Below, one piece after another: positions 40,958-51,420 of a DNA stretch of 64,000 nt. The DNA is taken from assembly GCA_945902955.1 (NCBI GenBank), contig CAMDNO010000002.1, positions 23,214 through 87,213 on the forward strand. Reading direction: 5' to 3'. The DNA comes from Porphyromonas cangingivalis (GTDB lineage: Bacteria; Bacteroidota; Bacteroidia; Bacteroidales; Paludibacteraceae). The notes beneath the pieces were generated by a model. It did no database searches, was not told the DNA's origin, and saw only the letters and a list, made by a program, of their open reading frames with translations. Position numbers and translations under genes: made by a program. How positions within the stretch are numbered: the stretch's first letter is position 1; each line of letters opens with the position of its first letter.

Positions 40958-41595
40958 AAACAGCCCTATTACTTGGAGCAACCGGAATGGTTGGTGCCGC
41001 ACTATTAAATCAGCTACTTGCCAACAATGAGTACAGCTCTGTGATTATTTTTGTACGTCGAAGCACAAACCTAAACAATTCTAAACTAACAGAATATGTG
41101 GTTGATTTTGAGCAGCCATCGCTATGGGCTGAACTGGTGCAAGGCGATGTGCTTTTTTCGTGTTTGGGAACTACTTTGGCCGTAGCCGGATCCAAAGCAA
41201 ATCAATTTAAGGTAGATTTTACCTATCAATACGAAATGGCAAAAATAGCATCCGAGAATGGTGTGAAATCATACATACTTGTTTCGTCGGCTGGCGCTAA
41301 AGCAAAATCAAGTAATTTCTATTTAAGCACAAAAGGAAAGCTCGATGATGCTGTACGTAAATTGAACTTCCAATATCTTAATATTTTGCGCCCGGGACAG
41401 CTGCATGGAAATCGTAAAGCAAAACGTAATATGGAGCAGATAGCCATTAAGCTTATGTTTTTTATAAATCGCTTAGGGTTATTACATAACTACCGCCCTA
41501 TTCATGCCAATGAAGTAGCTCAAGCAATGCAAAAACTTGCAAAATCTTCAAGTTCAGGCGTGTACACCCTCAGCGAATTGTTTCAGCTCTTGTAG
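40954..41595 (+). CDS. NAD(P)-binding oxidoreductase (CC3/TIP30-like)
   Basis: LLGATGMVG, SCLGTT, KVDFTY, VSSAGA...FYLSTKG. Confidence 0.88.
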   Translation: MKTALLLGATGMVGAALLNQLLANNEYSSVIIFVRRSTNLNNSKLTEYVVDFEQPSLWAELVQGDVLFSCLGTTLAVAGSKANQFKVDFTYQYEMAKIASENGVKSYILVSSAGAKAKSSNFYLSTKGKLDDAVRKLNFQYLNILRPGQLHGNRKAKRNMEQIAIKLMFFINRLGLLHNYRPIHANEVAQAMQKLAKSSSSGVYTLSELFQLL

Positions 41596-41617
41596 AGACG
41601 GAGCGTGCTCCGTCTCT
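41592..41617. repeat. GTAG-type REP-like palindrome, possibly also a terminator
   Basis: GTAGAGACGGAGCGTGCTCCGTCTCT with perfect 11-bp arms, overlapping the stop codon. Confidence 0.65.
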
Positions 41618-41646
41618 TATTAAATAGGATGTTGCGTAACTTATTT

Positions 41647-42372
41647 TTACAATTTTGCCGCAGCTGCTTTGTCTACCATAAAATCCACATTGCCTTTGGA
41701 GGTACCGATATGTGCTGCCGGATAATTTTTAGCTTTAGGCTTATTTTCCACAATTTCTTTCAAAATTTCCGATTTACTTTCGCCGGTAATCATAAATACA
41801 ATCTGTTTGGCATTGTTAATGGTGTTTCCGGTCAGGGTTAATCTCTTTTGCAAAGTATATGGATTTACAGTGGCAGCTACCGAAAGTTCCGAATCGAGTA
41901 ACGACATATCATTTGGAAATATAGAAGCTGTGTGTCCATCGTTGCCCATGCCAAGCAGGATAAGGTCGAATACAGGATATCCACCACTTGCCGGTAGCTC
42001 CTTTAACAATAAATTGCTATATCTCTCGGCTTCATATTCGGGAATTTCTTCACCACGCATGCGGAAAGTATTTTCGCCTTGCACAAGGGTTTTTTGTAAA
42101 AAAGCATCGTAAGTCATACCAAAATTACTCTCGCTGTCCGTTGGTTCCACACAGCGCTCATCCACCCAAAACAGACGAACTTTTTTCCATTCGATAGATG
42201 AACTGTATTCATTACCAAGCAATTCGAAAAGCAATCGAGGTGTTGTACCTCCCGAAACTGCCATGTTGAAAAAACTCATATCTGGTGTTTCATCCACTTT
42301 TTCTTTAATAAGTTGGGCAACAGCATACGCAGCTGCAGCTCCGTTTTCGAAGATCTGAAGATTAATTTGCAT
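41647..42372 (-). CDS. pgl: 6-phosphogluconolactonase
   Basis: SGGTTP, VDERCV...SNF, LLGMGNDGHTASIFP, RLTLT. Confidence 0.95.
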   Translation of the reverse strand: MQINLQIFENGAAAAYAVAQLIKEKVDETPDMSFFNMAVSGGTTPRLLFELLGNEYSSSIEWKKVRLFWVDERCVEPTDSESNFGMTYDAFLQKTLVQGENTFRMRGEEIPEYEAERYSNLLLKELPASGGYPVFDLILLGMGNDGHTASIFPNDMSLLDSELSVAATVNPYTLQKRLTLTGNTINNAKQIVFMITGESKSEILKEIVENKPKAKNYPAAHIGTSKGNVDFMVDKAAAAKL

Positions 42373-42423
42373 AAAAAATATTAGAAAAATAATGTGTTTT
42401 TATTGTGTTTTTTATTGTGTATT

Positions 42424-43941
42424 TTATTCTGTTTTAAATTTACTAAATGGGTTTCGCCATTTCATAAATTTATCGTCGTACAAATTGTTTGATTCTTGTG
42501 GCCCCCAAGTGTTGCAGTCGTAATAATAGAGAGGAATTTCGGAATCATTTTTCCATGCATTCAAAATGGTATCTACAAATTTCCAACTTGCTTTTACTGC
42601 ATCGGCACGGGCATAAAGTGTCGAATCGCCTATCATACAGTCGAGTATTAGACGCTCATAAGCTTCTGCAATTTTTTTGTCGGCTAAGTCGGAATAATGA
42701 AATGCCATGTTTACATTCTGTACTTTAAATCCTGCCCCGGGAATTTTCATTCCAAAATCAATAGCAACGCCTGCATCCGGATGAATGCGAAGTATAATCA
42801 TATTGTTGGGCTCGGTGAGGCAAAGTTGCTTGAACAATTGGTGTGGAGCTGGTTTTAAATGAATTACAACTTCCGTAACACGCTCTGGTAGTTGCTTTCC
42901 GGTACGTATGTAAAAAGGAATATCGCCCCAGCGCCAGTTGTCGATAAATAATTTTAGTGCCACAAAAGTTTCTGTTTTTGAACTTGGAGAAACGCCTTTT
43001 TCTTCGCGATAACTTTTTTGAAGTTTGCCATCAATTGCACTCGAAATATATTGCCCACGAACCACAAAATCAGCTACTTTGCCCGAAGGAATAGGGCGCA
43101 TGGCTTGCAAAACTTTTACAGTTTCGTTACGTATTGAATCCGAATCGAAAACCGCTGGCGGTTCCATTGCCACCACTGCCATTACTTGCAAAAGATGATT
43201 CTGAATCATATCGCGCAATGCCCCAGAAGTATCATAATAACCACCTCGATCACCCACTCCTATTTTTTCGGAAGCGGTAATTTCAACCCTATCAATGTAT
43301 TTTCTATTCCAAATAGGTTCGAAAAAACCATTCGAAAAGCGAGTAACCATTATGTTTTGTACAGTTTCTTTACCCAAATAATGGTCGATACGATAAATCT
43401 GATCCTCGTGAAATCCGTTGTGTAATTTTTTGTCTAAATCGATGGCTGAGTCGTAACTATATCCAAAAGGTTTTTCGACAATTATACGTTTCCAGCCATT
43501 TTCTTCGTTGTTAAGACCAAATTTTACTAAGTTAGCGGCTACTACTTCGTACAAAAAAGGTGGTATAGAGAAATAATATACTATATTTTGCTTTATTTCA
43601 AGTGTTTGCGAAATATTGTCTATATAACTTTTTAATGCTCCAAAATCTTCCTCTGTTTGATTGTTTACTTTTTTATAAAAAACCTTTTGGAGAAAATCAG
43701 CCAACTTGTCGCTGTATTCACTGTACGAATTTTTTGCAAATGTTTTAAGCGCTTCGTCAACATCAGCTCTGTACGCTATTTCATCTTTATTCTGACTACC
43801 TGCACCCAACACAATAAATCTATCTGGCAGTAGTCCGTCGATAAATAACTGAAAAACAGCTGGAAGTAATTTACGTTTTGCAAGATCGCCATTCGAACCA
43901 AAAATCACTAATATCTGATCTTCAATATTGTTTTTTTTCAT
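42424..43941 (-). CDS. zwf: glucose-6-phosphate 1-dehydrogenase
   Basis: FGSNGDLAKRKL, EKPFG, RIDHYLGKE, RDMIQNHL, YIRTGK. Confidence 0.97.
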   Translation of the reverse strand: MKKNNIEDQILVIFGSNGDLAKRKLLPAVFQLFIDGLLPDRFIVLGAGSQNKDEIAYRADVDEALKTFAKNSYSEYSDKLADFLQKVFYKKVNNQTEEDFGALKSYIDNISQTLEIKQNIVYYFSIPPFLYEVVAANLVKFGLNNEENGWKRIIVEKPFGYSYDSAIDLDKKLHNGFHEDQIYRIDHYLGKETVQNIMVTRFSNGFFEPIWNRKYIDRVEITASEKIGVGDRGGYYDTSGALRDMIQNHLLQVMAVVAMEPPAVFDSDSIRNETVKVLQAMRPIPSGKVADFVVRGQYISSAIDGKLQKSYREEKGVSPSSKTETFVALKLFIDNWRWGDIPFYIRTGKQLPERVTEVVIHLKPAPHQLFKQLCLTEPNNMIILRIHPDAGVAIDFGMKIPGAGFKVQNVNMAFHYSDLADKKIAEAYERLILDCMIGDSTLYARADAVKASWKFVDTILNAWKNDSEIPLYYYDCNTWGPQESNNLYDDKFMKWRNPFSKFKTE

Positions 43942-43970
43942 ACTGATTTCTTTTATTTCTCAAAGTCGTA

Positions 43971-45251
43971 CTAGTAAGTTTTTTTAATTTTTAATTCTTC
44001 CGGATTGTGCTTGTATTTAAACGAAATAGCAAACAATAAAGCTACTACTAACGAATAAGCAGCAAAACTGAACCAGATTCCTTGCCAATCTTTGATGTGT
44101 GTTATTGGGTCTTCGAACCATTTTGCGATTACTAATCCGGCAATTATATTACCTAAAACAGCTCCTACCCCATTAGTCATTAACATAAACACTCCTTGTG
44201 CCGATGATTGAATTCTCGAATCGGTATTTTTTTCGACAAATAATGCACCCGAAATATTGAAAAAATCGAACGCCAATCCGTATATTATGCATGACGAAAT
44301 AATAAATACAAATCCAATTTCGGTGTTTTCGGCAATTCCAAATAATCCAAATCGTAGCACCCAAGCTATCATGCTAAAGAGCATTACATTTTTAATTCCA
44401 AATTTTTTCATAAAAAATGGAATCGCCAATATAAACAAGGTTTCAGATATTTGTGATACAGACAAAATAATGGTCGAAAAATTATTTATCAATCCACCAA
44501 TTTCGAATACATTGGCATCTTGTAAAAAGCTATCGCCATAAGCATTTGTAAGCTGTAAAGCAGCTCCAAGCAACAGGCTAAACAGAAAAAAAAGTGCCAT
44601 TTTCTTTTGCTTGAATAGAACAAAAGCTTCCAATCCTAATTTTTGTGTCAACGATTTTTTTTCGTTACTTACTACCATTGGCTCTTTCTTTAAAGTAGGT
44701 AGCATGAAAAACGAAAAAAGAGATAAGCAGAATGCAAAAATGGCAGATATTATAAATGAAACTTTTATACTTTGACCGAAACCCCATTCTTTTGTGAATA
44801 TATTTGTAATCCACATAGCAACAATAAAACCAATTGTACCCCAAACTCGTATAGGTGGAAAGTAAGTGGTTGGATCTTTTCCTTCGTCTTTCAAAATTTT
44901 AAATCCAATCGAATTATTTAACCCAATGGTAGGCATGTAAAAACTCATTGCCAATAATAATGTCCAAAAGAAGGGAATTGGATTATCAATTAAAGGTAAA
45001 AAACACATAGTTGCCCCAAATAATAAATGTAAGATTGCAAACACGTAATTTGCTTTCCATTTATCGGCTAAAATGCCAAACAAGGTAGGCATTATGAGCG
45101 ATGCAAATCCCATAGTAGAAAATACCAAGCCAAATTCGGCTCCATCCCATTGTTTTTCAACAAATCCATAATGTCCCAAAGTCATCATCCACGATCCCCA
45201 TACGAAGAATTGTAGAAAATTCATTATTATTAATCTGATTTTTAAACTCAT
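43971..45251 (-). CDS. nucleoside:H+ symporter (NupG/XapB MFS family)
   Basis: MNFLQFFVWGSW, PPIRVWGTIGF, SQISE, FDFFNISG, SAQG. Confidence 0.92.
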   Translation of the reverse strand: MSLKIRLIIMNFLQFFVWGSWMMTLGHYGFVEKQWDGAEFGLVFSTMGFASLIMPTLFGILADKWKANYVFAILHLLFGATMCFLPLIDNPIPFFWTLLLAMSFYMPTIGLNNSIGFKILKDEGKDPTTYFPPIRVWGTIGFIVAMWITNIFTKEWGFGQSIKVSFIISAIFAFCLSLFSFFMLPTLKKEPMVVSNEKKSLTQKLGLEAFVLFKQKKMALFFLFSLLLGAALQLTNAYGDSFLQDANVFEIGGLINNFSTIILSVSQISETLFILAIPFFMKKFGIKNVMLFSMIAWVLRFGLFGIAENTEIGFVFIISSCIIYGLAFDFFNISGALFVEKNTDSRIQSSAQGVFMLMTNGVGAVLGNIIAGLVIAKWFEDPITHIKDWQGIWFSFAAYSLVVALLFAISFKYKHNPEELKIKKTY

Positions 45252-45260
45252 TATATTATT

Positions 45261-45342
45261 AGTTTATAAAGTTTGTAAAGTTATAAAGTTTGTAAAGTTC
45301 ATCATCACATCATCACTCCCGATAGCTATCGGGGCACATCAT
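45261..45342. repeat. abutting 8/9-mer tandem repeats with an embedded palindrome
   Basis: AGTTTATAAAGTTTGTAAAGTTATAAAGTTTGTAAAGTT, then CATCACATCATCAC-TCCCGATAGCTATCGGGG-CACATCAT. Confidence 0.85.
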
Positions 45343-45935
45343 TCACCTTTCCGCTTTATAGCGTCGCGAATATTCACAGCCAATTCGTATTTTTCTTCAT
45401 GTAATGCCATTCCTAGTATTTCCTCTAAATCTACCATGCTAAGTAAATCGAGTTCGTCGGAAGTGAGGTCTTCGGCATTTACCTCCTCTTCAACTTCTTC
45501 CGCTTTTTCGGGAGTCGTTGTTTCGACTACTGTACCTACAATATCTAAAATTTCGGAGCTAATGTAAATAGGGGCATCACTTCGCACGGCCAAAGCCACA
45601 GCATCGGAGGTGCGTGCATCAACAATTATAACCTCTTCGTCGCTTTTACGAATGTGTAATTCGGAGTAAAACACATCGCTTATCATATTATAGATAAGTA
45701 TTTTGTCGAGCTTTGTACCCAAAACATTTAACACATTATTTATTAAATCGTGCGTGAGTGGACGGGGCGATTTCTTATTATTTAGCTTCATTGCAATAGA
45801 TTGGGCTTCGGGCTCACCTATCATTACCGAAAAACGACGGTTGCCATCTATCTCGCTCAAAACCAATCCGTACGTACCCACAATTGTCTGATTATAAACT
45901 AATCCCGTAATCGAGAGTCTTTTTTCATTATCCAT
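45339..45935 (-). CDS. bifunctional nuclease (DUF151) with C-terminal UVR motif
   Basis: IGEPEAQSIA, PRPLTHDL, DARTSDAVALA, EKYELAVNIRD. Confidence 0.93.
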   Translation of the reverse strand: MDNEKRLSITGLVYNQTIVGTYGLVLSEIDGNRRFSVMIGEPEAQSIAMKLNNKKSPRPLTHDLINNVLNVLGTKLDKILIYNMISDVFYSELHIRKSDEEVIIVDARTSDAVALAVRSDAPIYISSEILDIVGTVVETTTPEKAEEVEEEVNAEDLTSDELDLLSMVDLEEILGMALHEEKYELAVNIRDAIKRKGE

Positions 45936-46175
45936 ATTTCAACAGTTTTTTATAAAAGTCCGCAAATATAAGCAATATTTTAGGAGTATAACGTTTTAAA
46001 TGCTGTTTTGTGCACTCTTTGAGCCTTAAATTTTTCATATTTTTTTTACTAAATAAAAAAATCAGTAGCTTATTAATAGAAAATTAGTTGTAATTTTGCA
46101 CGCCGAATTTTTAAGGTATAAAATTCAAGTATAAAACGGATATTTTTTAGCAAAATTTTTAGTGTAAAGCTACAA

Positions 46176-46739
46176 ATGAAAACGAACATTCAGCTTATTA
46201 TAGAGCGTACGTGGGGATTAATGACATCAACATCTCAATCTTGGGAAGTTGTGTTGAGCGAAAAGAAACTAAATTCATTTCAAAAATACTTTTTACCCTT
46301 TTTATTCATTTGCGCAGCTATTGTATTGGCATTTAAAGCGCTGTATGCCCCTTCCAAACCAATTCAATTTGGATTTGTTTACGCTGTTATTACCATCATT
46401 GCTTATCTGAGTACCTTTTATCTAACGCGTTATTTTACAGTATCGTTTCTAAAAAAAAATCATCCTGCTACGGATTATTTTCATCTTATCGAAAATTTAG
46501 TTTCATATTCTTTCGCCGTAGTTTTTCCAATTAAAATTGTTACAACACTTATTCCAAGCTTGTTTTTTCTACAAATACTCAATGTCTACACAGTTTATAT
46601 TGTATGGGAGGGCTGTCGCATAATTTTTGACATGGACGAAGATGAACGTGGCAAAATTATGCTTATTGTTGGCATATCCATAATGTTTTTACCCGCCATT
46701 ATTAGCAAAATTATATTATTAATGATTCCTAGTTTTTAA
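46176..46739 (+). CDS. Yip1-like membrane protein
   Basis: About 5 TM helices; LVSYS and YTVYIVWEG pattern. Confidence 0.65.
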   Translation: MKTNIQLIIERTWGLMTSTSQSWEVVLSEKKLNSFQKYFLPFLFICAAIVLAFKALYAPSKPIQFGFVYAVITIIAYLSTFYLTRYFTVSFLKKNHPATDYFHLIENLVSYSFAVVFPIKIVTTLIPSLFFLQILNVYTVYIVWEGCRIIFDMDEDERGKIMLIVGISIMFLPAIISKIILLMIPSF

Positions 46740-46786
46740 TTAAATATCCATAAGGAATTTAATTAAAAACACTCACTATTAAAGTC

Positions 46787-47626
46787 TTACAACTTTACAG
46801 TTTTCACAACCGCCCAATTGTTTTTCAGTTTCGATTTTTGCAATTCCAGACCATTTCTATTCGCTTCGGCTTCAATAAGTGGAATATCCTGGCTGTAAAA
46901 TCCACTCATATAAAGTTCGCCACCCTGCGTAAGACAATTGGCATATTTTTCCATATCGGCTAATAAAATATTACGGTTGATATTTGCTAAAATAATATCA
47001 AAATGCAAACCATCAAGCAGTTCTGCACCGCCTTGTTTTACTTCAATTCCGGCTACCCGATTCAATGATATGTTTTCGATGGAGTTTTCGGTACACCAAC
47101 TATCAATGTCAATTGCCACTAATTCTTTGGCGCCGCGCATAGCTGCTAAAATTGCCAAAACCGAGGTTCCACAGCCCATATCCAACACTTTTTTACCTTC
47201 AATTTGCATACCTAAAAGTTCCCCTATTACCAAACTTGTCGTTTCGTGATGCCCAGTGCCAAAAGCCATTTTAGGGTCGATAACAATATCGTAGGTTGCC
47301 TTTGGAACATTTTTATGAAACGAACTATGTATAACACACTCATTGTCAATAACAATAGGTTCGAAATAATGTTTTTCCCATTCTTCGTTCCAATTTTTTG
47401 ATTCGATGGCTATGGCTTTAAATTCGATTGTAGCTTCGAACACAAAATCAGAAATTAGTGAATTTAAAGCGTTTTCGTCGAAAAGTTCTTCGGTAATAAA
47501 TGCTTGAACGCCTTCGATAGTTGGTACAAAAGTATCGAACCCAATTTCGCCCAATTCGGCAGCAAGCACATCGGCAATGTACTCTTCGTAGGGAGTTATA
47601 ATCAAATCAACTTGAATAAAATTCAT
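46787..47626 (-). CDS. prmA: ribosomal protein L11 methyltransferase
   Basis: NWNEEW, IDPKMAFGTGHHETT, LDMGCGT, ANINRN; ATG 47626 chosen because a TACATTTG promoter overlaps the upstream ATG. Confidence 0.95.
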   Translation of the reverse strand: MNFIQVDLIITPYEEYIADVLAAELGEIGFDTFVPTIEGVQAFITEELFDENALNSLISDFVFEATIEFKAIAIESKNWNEEWEKHYFEPIVIDNECVIHSSFHKNVPKATYDIVIDPKMAFGTGHHETTSLVIGELLGMQIEGKKVLDMGCGTSVLAILAAMRGAKELVAIDIDSWCTENSIENISLNRVAGIEVKQGGAELLDGLHFDIILANINRNILLADMEKYANCLTQGGELYMSGFYSQDIPLIEAEANRNGLELQKSKLKNNWAVVKTVKL

Positions 47627-47802
47627 AATCGTGTGTTTTTTTGTTTTTATATTTTCATGCAAATGTAATATTAAAATTTGATATGTTGTAGCACGCCCAT
47701 TTTAAACAAAACTAATTTTATCGAACAAAAAAAAATAGTACTTTTGTACTACTCTCAAGATCAATTTATTTATAAAAACAATTCGTCCTAACTTTTAATA
47801 AA

Positions 47803-48384
47803 ATGAATTCACTTTTAAAAAATATCGAAAAATACAAGATTGTGTTGGCTTCGCAATCGCCTCGCAGACAAGAACTATTACGCGGTTTGCAAGTAGAATT
47901 TAGCGTAAAAGTGTTACACGTCGACGAGTCCTATCCGAGCGATATTGTAGGTGTGGATATACCCATGTATCTGGCCGAAAAAAAAGCAGATGCCTATACT
48001 ATCGACGACGAAACATTACTTATTACTGCCGATACCATTGTGTGGCACGAAGGGCAAGTGTACGGAAAGCCCATCGACAAAGCAGATGCTAAACGTATGC
48101 TCAAACAGCTTTCGGGTAAAATGCACGAAGTAATTACGGGCGTTTGTATTCGTACCAACAAAAAGCGAAAAGTGTTTCATGTAATTTCAGAAGTCCGTTT
48201 TGCAAGTCTTACCGAAAACGAAATTGATTATTACCTCGAAAACTTTAAGCCCTACGACAAAGCAGGTGCGTATGGTGTGCAAGAATGGATTGGCTATGTG
48301 GGCGTCGAACATATCGAGGGCTCATATTTCAATGTTATGGGCCTGCCTATACAACGAGTTTATAACGAATTGAAACGTTGGTAG
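47803..48384 (+). CDS. maf: Maf family nucleotide pyrophosphatase
   Basis: LASQSPRR, ADTIV, GKP, DKAGAYG, NVMGLP. Confidence 0.95.
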   Translation: MNSLLKNIEKYKIVLASQSPRRQELLRGLQVEFSVKVLHVDESYPSDIVGVDIPMYLAEKKADAYTIDDETLLITADTIVWHEGQVYGKPIDKADAKRMLKQLSGKMHEVITGVCIRTNKKRKVFHVISEVRFASLTENEIDYYLENFKPYDKAGAYGVQEWIGYVGVEHIEGSYFNVMGLPIQRVYNELKRW

Positions 48385-48388
48385 GCTT

Positions 48389-50068
48389 TTAAATCTTACG
48401 TTTATTTGCAATAACTTCGTGCGCACGGACTAATGCATCGTTAATATTCGAAAGAATGTTCTCTTGTCCAAGCATTTTTTCAATACCTGTATTAACCAAT
48501 ACTGAGCGAACACGATCGTTTACACCCGAAAGCAAAACTTGTGTTTTGTCTTTTTTCGACATTTTAATAAAACTTTCTAAGTTATGGCAGCCAGTGGAGT
48601 CGATAAAAGGAACTTTACGCATTCGTATAATGCGAACTTTAGGTTTATCGCCAATTTGTTTCATCGTTTCCTCAAATTTGCTTGCAACACCAAAAAAGAA
48701 CGGTCCTTCAATTTCGTAAATCTCAACATTCTCGGGTATTGTAAGTTTTTCGGTAGTATTTCCTACTTCGGTATAGTCGGTTGTACTTATTTCATCTTTA
48801 AATACCGATACGTTTGAAGTTTCGGATATACGACGAATAAACAATACTACGGCCAATAACAATCCAATTTCGATAGCAATTGTTAAATCGAAAATAACGG
48901 TTAGTAAAAAGGTAGTAATCAGTACAGCCACATCAGCTTTGGGATTTCGAAGTAAGTTTTTAAATGTGCGCCATTCACTCATATTGTAGGCTACAACAAT
49001 CAATACACCTGCCAAACAAGCCATTGGAATATGTTTGGTCAAATTTCCCAAAAATAGCATTATCAATAACAATACAATGGCATGTATTATACCTGCAATT
49101 GGAGTTTTTCCGCCATTATTTATGTTTGTCATTGTGCGAGCAATAGCTCCCGTAGCGGGGATACCTCCAAAAAGTGGTGTTATAACATTAGCAACACCTT
49201 GAGCAATTAATTCAGTATTAGAATCGTGTTTGTTACCCGTAACACCATCAGCAACTGTGGCCGATAGCAACGATTCGATAGCACCCAAAATGGCAATAGT
49301 AAAAGCAGTTGGTATTAGCATTTGTACTATTGCAAAACTTATTTCAGGTGTTTCGGCTTTGGGTAGCGAAGGGTCGATTGTAAAGCGGTCGCCAATGGTT
49401 TCGATGCTCGTAATACCAAATTTATTGCGTAAAAAATAAACAACCAAAGTTAATAAAATAATTGCGATAAGTGAACCGGGTATTTTTTTTGATATTTTTG
49501 GCATTAAAAAAATGATAACAATAGAAAGAATACCTACCCCCAGCGACCAAAGATTAATAGAATCGAAATGCTGACTGTAAACAACCCATTTATGAATAAA
49601 ATCGCCCGGCAAAGCACCTGTGTTCATTCCAAAAAGATCTTTTATTTGGGTAGTAAAAATGGTGAGTGCAATGCCACTCGTAAAGCCAACCACTACCGGA
49701 TATGGGATAAACTTAATAATGCTTCCCAATTTGAGTAATCCCATTGCTATAAGCATAATACCAGCAATGATGGTTGCGATTGCCAAACCGGTAACTCCAA
49801 ATTCTTGAACAACACCATACACAATAACAATAAATGCACCGGTAGGGCCACCAATTTGAACTTTAGTACCACCCAAAAACGAAATGATAAATCCCGCTAT
49901 TACGGCCGTAAAAAGTCCTTTTTCGGGCGATACACCCGAAGCAATACCAAAAGCTATGGCTAATGGTAAAGCTACAATTCCTACAATAATTCCTGACATT
50001 AAGTCGGCATAAAAAAGTTCTTTCGAATAGTTTTTTAGCGTACTAAATAATTTTGGTTGAAAAAGCAT
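48389..50068 (-). CDS. SulP/SLC26 anion transporter with STAS domain
   Basis: ALPLAIAFG, GGPTGAF, ESLLSA, PATGAIART, GPFFFG, FIDSTG. Confidence 0.95.
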   Translation of the reverse strand: MLFQPKLFSTLKNYSKELFYADLMSGIIVGIVALPLAIAFGIASGVSPEKGLFTAVIAGFIISFLGGTKVQIGGPTGAFIVIVYGVVQEFGVTGLAIATIIAGIMLIAMGLLKLGSIIKFIPYPVVVGFTSGIALTIFTTQIKDLFGMNTGALPGDFIHKWVVYSQHFDSINLWSLGVGILSIVIIFLMPKISKKIPGSLIAIILLTLVVYFLRNKFGITSIETIGDRFTIDPSLPKAETPEISFAIVQMLIPTAFTIAILGAIESLLSATVADGVTGNKHDSNTELIAQGVANVITPLFGGIPATGAIARTMTNINNGGKTPIAGIIHAIVLLLIMLFLGNLTKHIPMACLAGVLIVVAYNMSEWRTFKNLLRNPKADVAVLITTFLLTVIFDLTIAIEIGLLLAVVLFIRRISETSNVSVFKDEISTTDYTEVGNTTEKLTIPENVEIYEIEGPFFFGVASKFEETMKQIGDKPKVRIIRMRKVPFIDSTGCHNLESFIKMSKKDKTQVLLSGVNDRVRSVLVNTGIEKMLGQENILSNINDALVRAHEVIANKRKI

Positions 50069-50080
50069 AACTTTATTTTT

Positions 50081-50722
50081 CTAATTTTTACCTTCTATAT
50101 GAAAACGACACCACTCAGCAATGCCACATTCGCCGCATTTGGGTTTGCGAGCCACACATACATAGCGCCCATGCAAAATGAGCCAGTGATGTGCACGGGG
50201 AATAAGATCTTGCGGTATATTTTTGACCAATTCGAGTTCCGTTTGCAGCGGGTTTTTCGATTTTGTAGTAAGCCCTATCCGTTCCGAAACACGGAAAACA
50301 TGCGTATCGACAGCCATAGCCGGTTTATTGTAAATAACCGACGCTATTACATTTGCGGTTTTTCGTCCCACACCAGGCAAAGTTTGTAGTAAATCCACAT
50401 CTTCGGGCACTATACTTCCAAAATCGGACACTAACCTCTGTGCCATTCCCACCAAATGCTTTGCTTTGTTGTTGGGATACGAAATGGATCGGATATAATC
50501 GAAAACCACCTCCGAAGTAGTTTCAGCCATTACTTCGGGCGTTGGAAAAGCTTCGAACAAGCGGGGAGTAATCATATTTACCCGCTTATCCGTACATTGT
50601 GCCGAAAGAATAACTGCAATAAGTAGTTCGTAAGGATTGCTGTGATGAAGTTCCGTTTCGGCAATAGGTTGATTAATTATGAACCAATCAATAATGTGTT
50701 TGTAACGCTGCTTTGTTGTCAT
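50081..50722 (-). CDS. nth: endonuclease III
   Basis: LSAQCTD, LPGVGRKTA HhH, VDTHV, CVARKPKCGECGIAEWC Fe-S motif; start at ATG 50722. Confidence 0.96.
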   Translation of the reverse strand: MTTKQRYKHIIDWFIINQPIAETELHHSNPYELLIAVILSAQCTDKRVNMITPRLFEAFPTPEVMAETTSEVVFDYIRSISYPNNKAKHLVGMAQRLVSDFGSIVPEDVDLLQTLPGVGRKTANVIASVIYNKPAMAVDTHVFRVSERIGLTTKSKNPLQTELELVKNIPQDLIPRAHHWLILHGRYVCVARKPKCGECGIAEWCRFHIEGKN

Positions 50723-50848
50723 TTGTAAGCTTAGCCGGAAGATAAAAAAAATACGGCTGTTGTTGATTTGAAAATGATAGCAAAGGTAAAACAAATTTTT
50801 AGTACATTTGTCATTCAAAATTCACTATACATTAAATAAATTTAAAAT

Positions 50849-51331
50849 ATGTGGCATCGAATTGTCGAAACTAAAGTTTCGGTTTATAGTTTTAATGAAT
50901 TATCCAAAAACCAGCAGCTTTTGGTCGAAAAGGCTAAAATACAGCTTGAGAATGCTTATGCCCCCTATTCAAGCTTTCAGGTAGGCGCAGCGGTTGAGCT
51001 TGCAAATGGAGTTGTTTTTGCAGGTAATAATCAAGAAAATTCGGCTTATCCATCGGGCTTATGTGCAGAGCGAGTAGCCTTGTATTATGCCAATGCTCAG
51101 TATCCGCAAACAGGAGTCAAATCCATTGCTATAGCCGCTTTCACCAATGGCGCATTTCTAAAATCGCCTGTAACCCCCTGTGGTGCCTGTCGACAAGTAA
51201 TGCTCGAAAGCGAAACCAGATTTGATTCGGATATCGAAGTCATTTTATATGGGACCGAAGAGATTTTTGTTATCCAAAATGTAAAACAATTATTACCGCT
51301 TTGTTTCGAAAAATCAAGTTTAAACAAATAA
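50849..51331 (+). CDS. cdd: cytidine deaminase
   Basis: AYAPYSSFQVGAA, NQEN, CAER, PCGACRQ. Confidence 0.95.
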   Translation: MWHRIVETKVSVYSFNELSKNQQLLVEKAKIQLENAYAPYSSFQVGAAVELANGVVFAGNNQENSAYPSGLCAERVALYYANAQYPQTGVKSIAIAAFTNGAFLKSPVTPCGACRQVMLESETRFDSDIEVILYGTEEIFVIQNVKQLLPLCFEKSSLNK

Positions 51332-51420
51332 GTTAATTGTTGAAAAAAAATTTTTATCATCGATATTATTGATGTATATTGCGAACGTTTTAAGAATCGA
51401 ATGATTGAAAAGCCGTAGAC

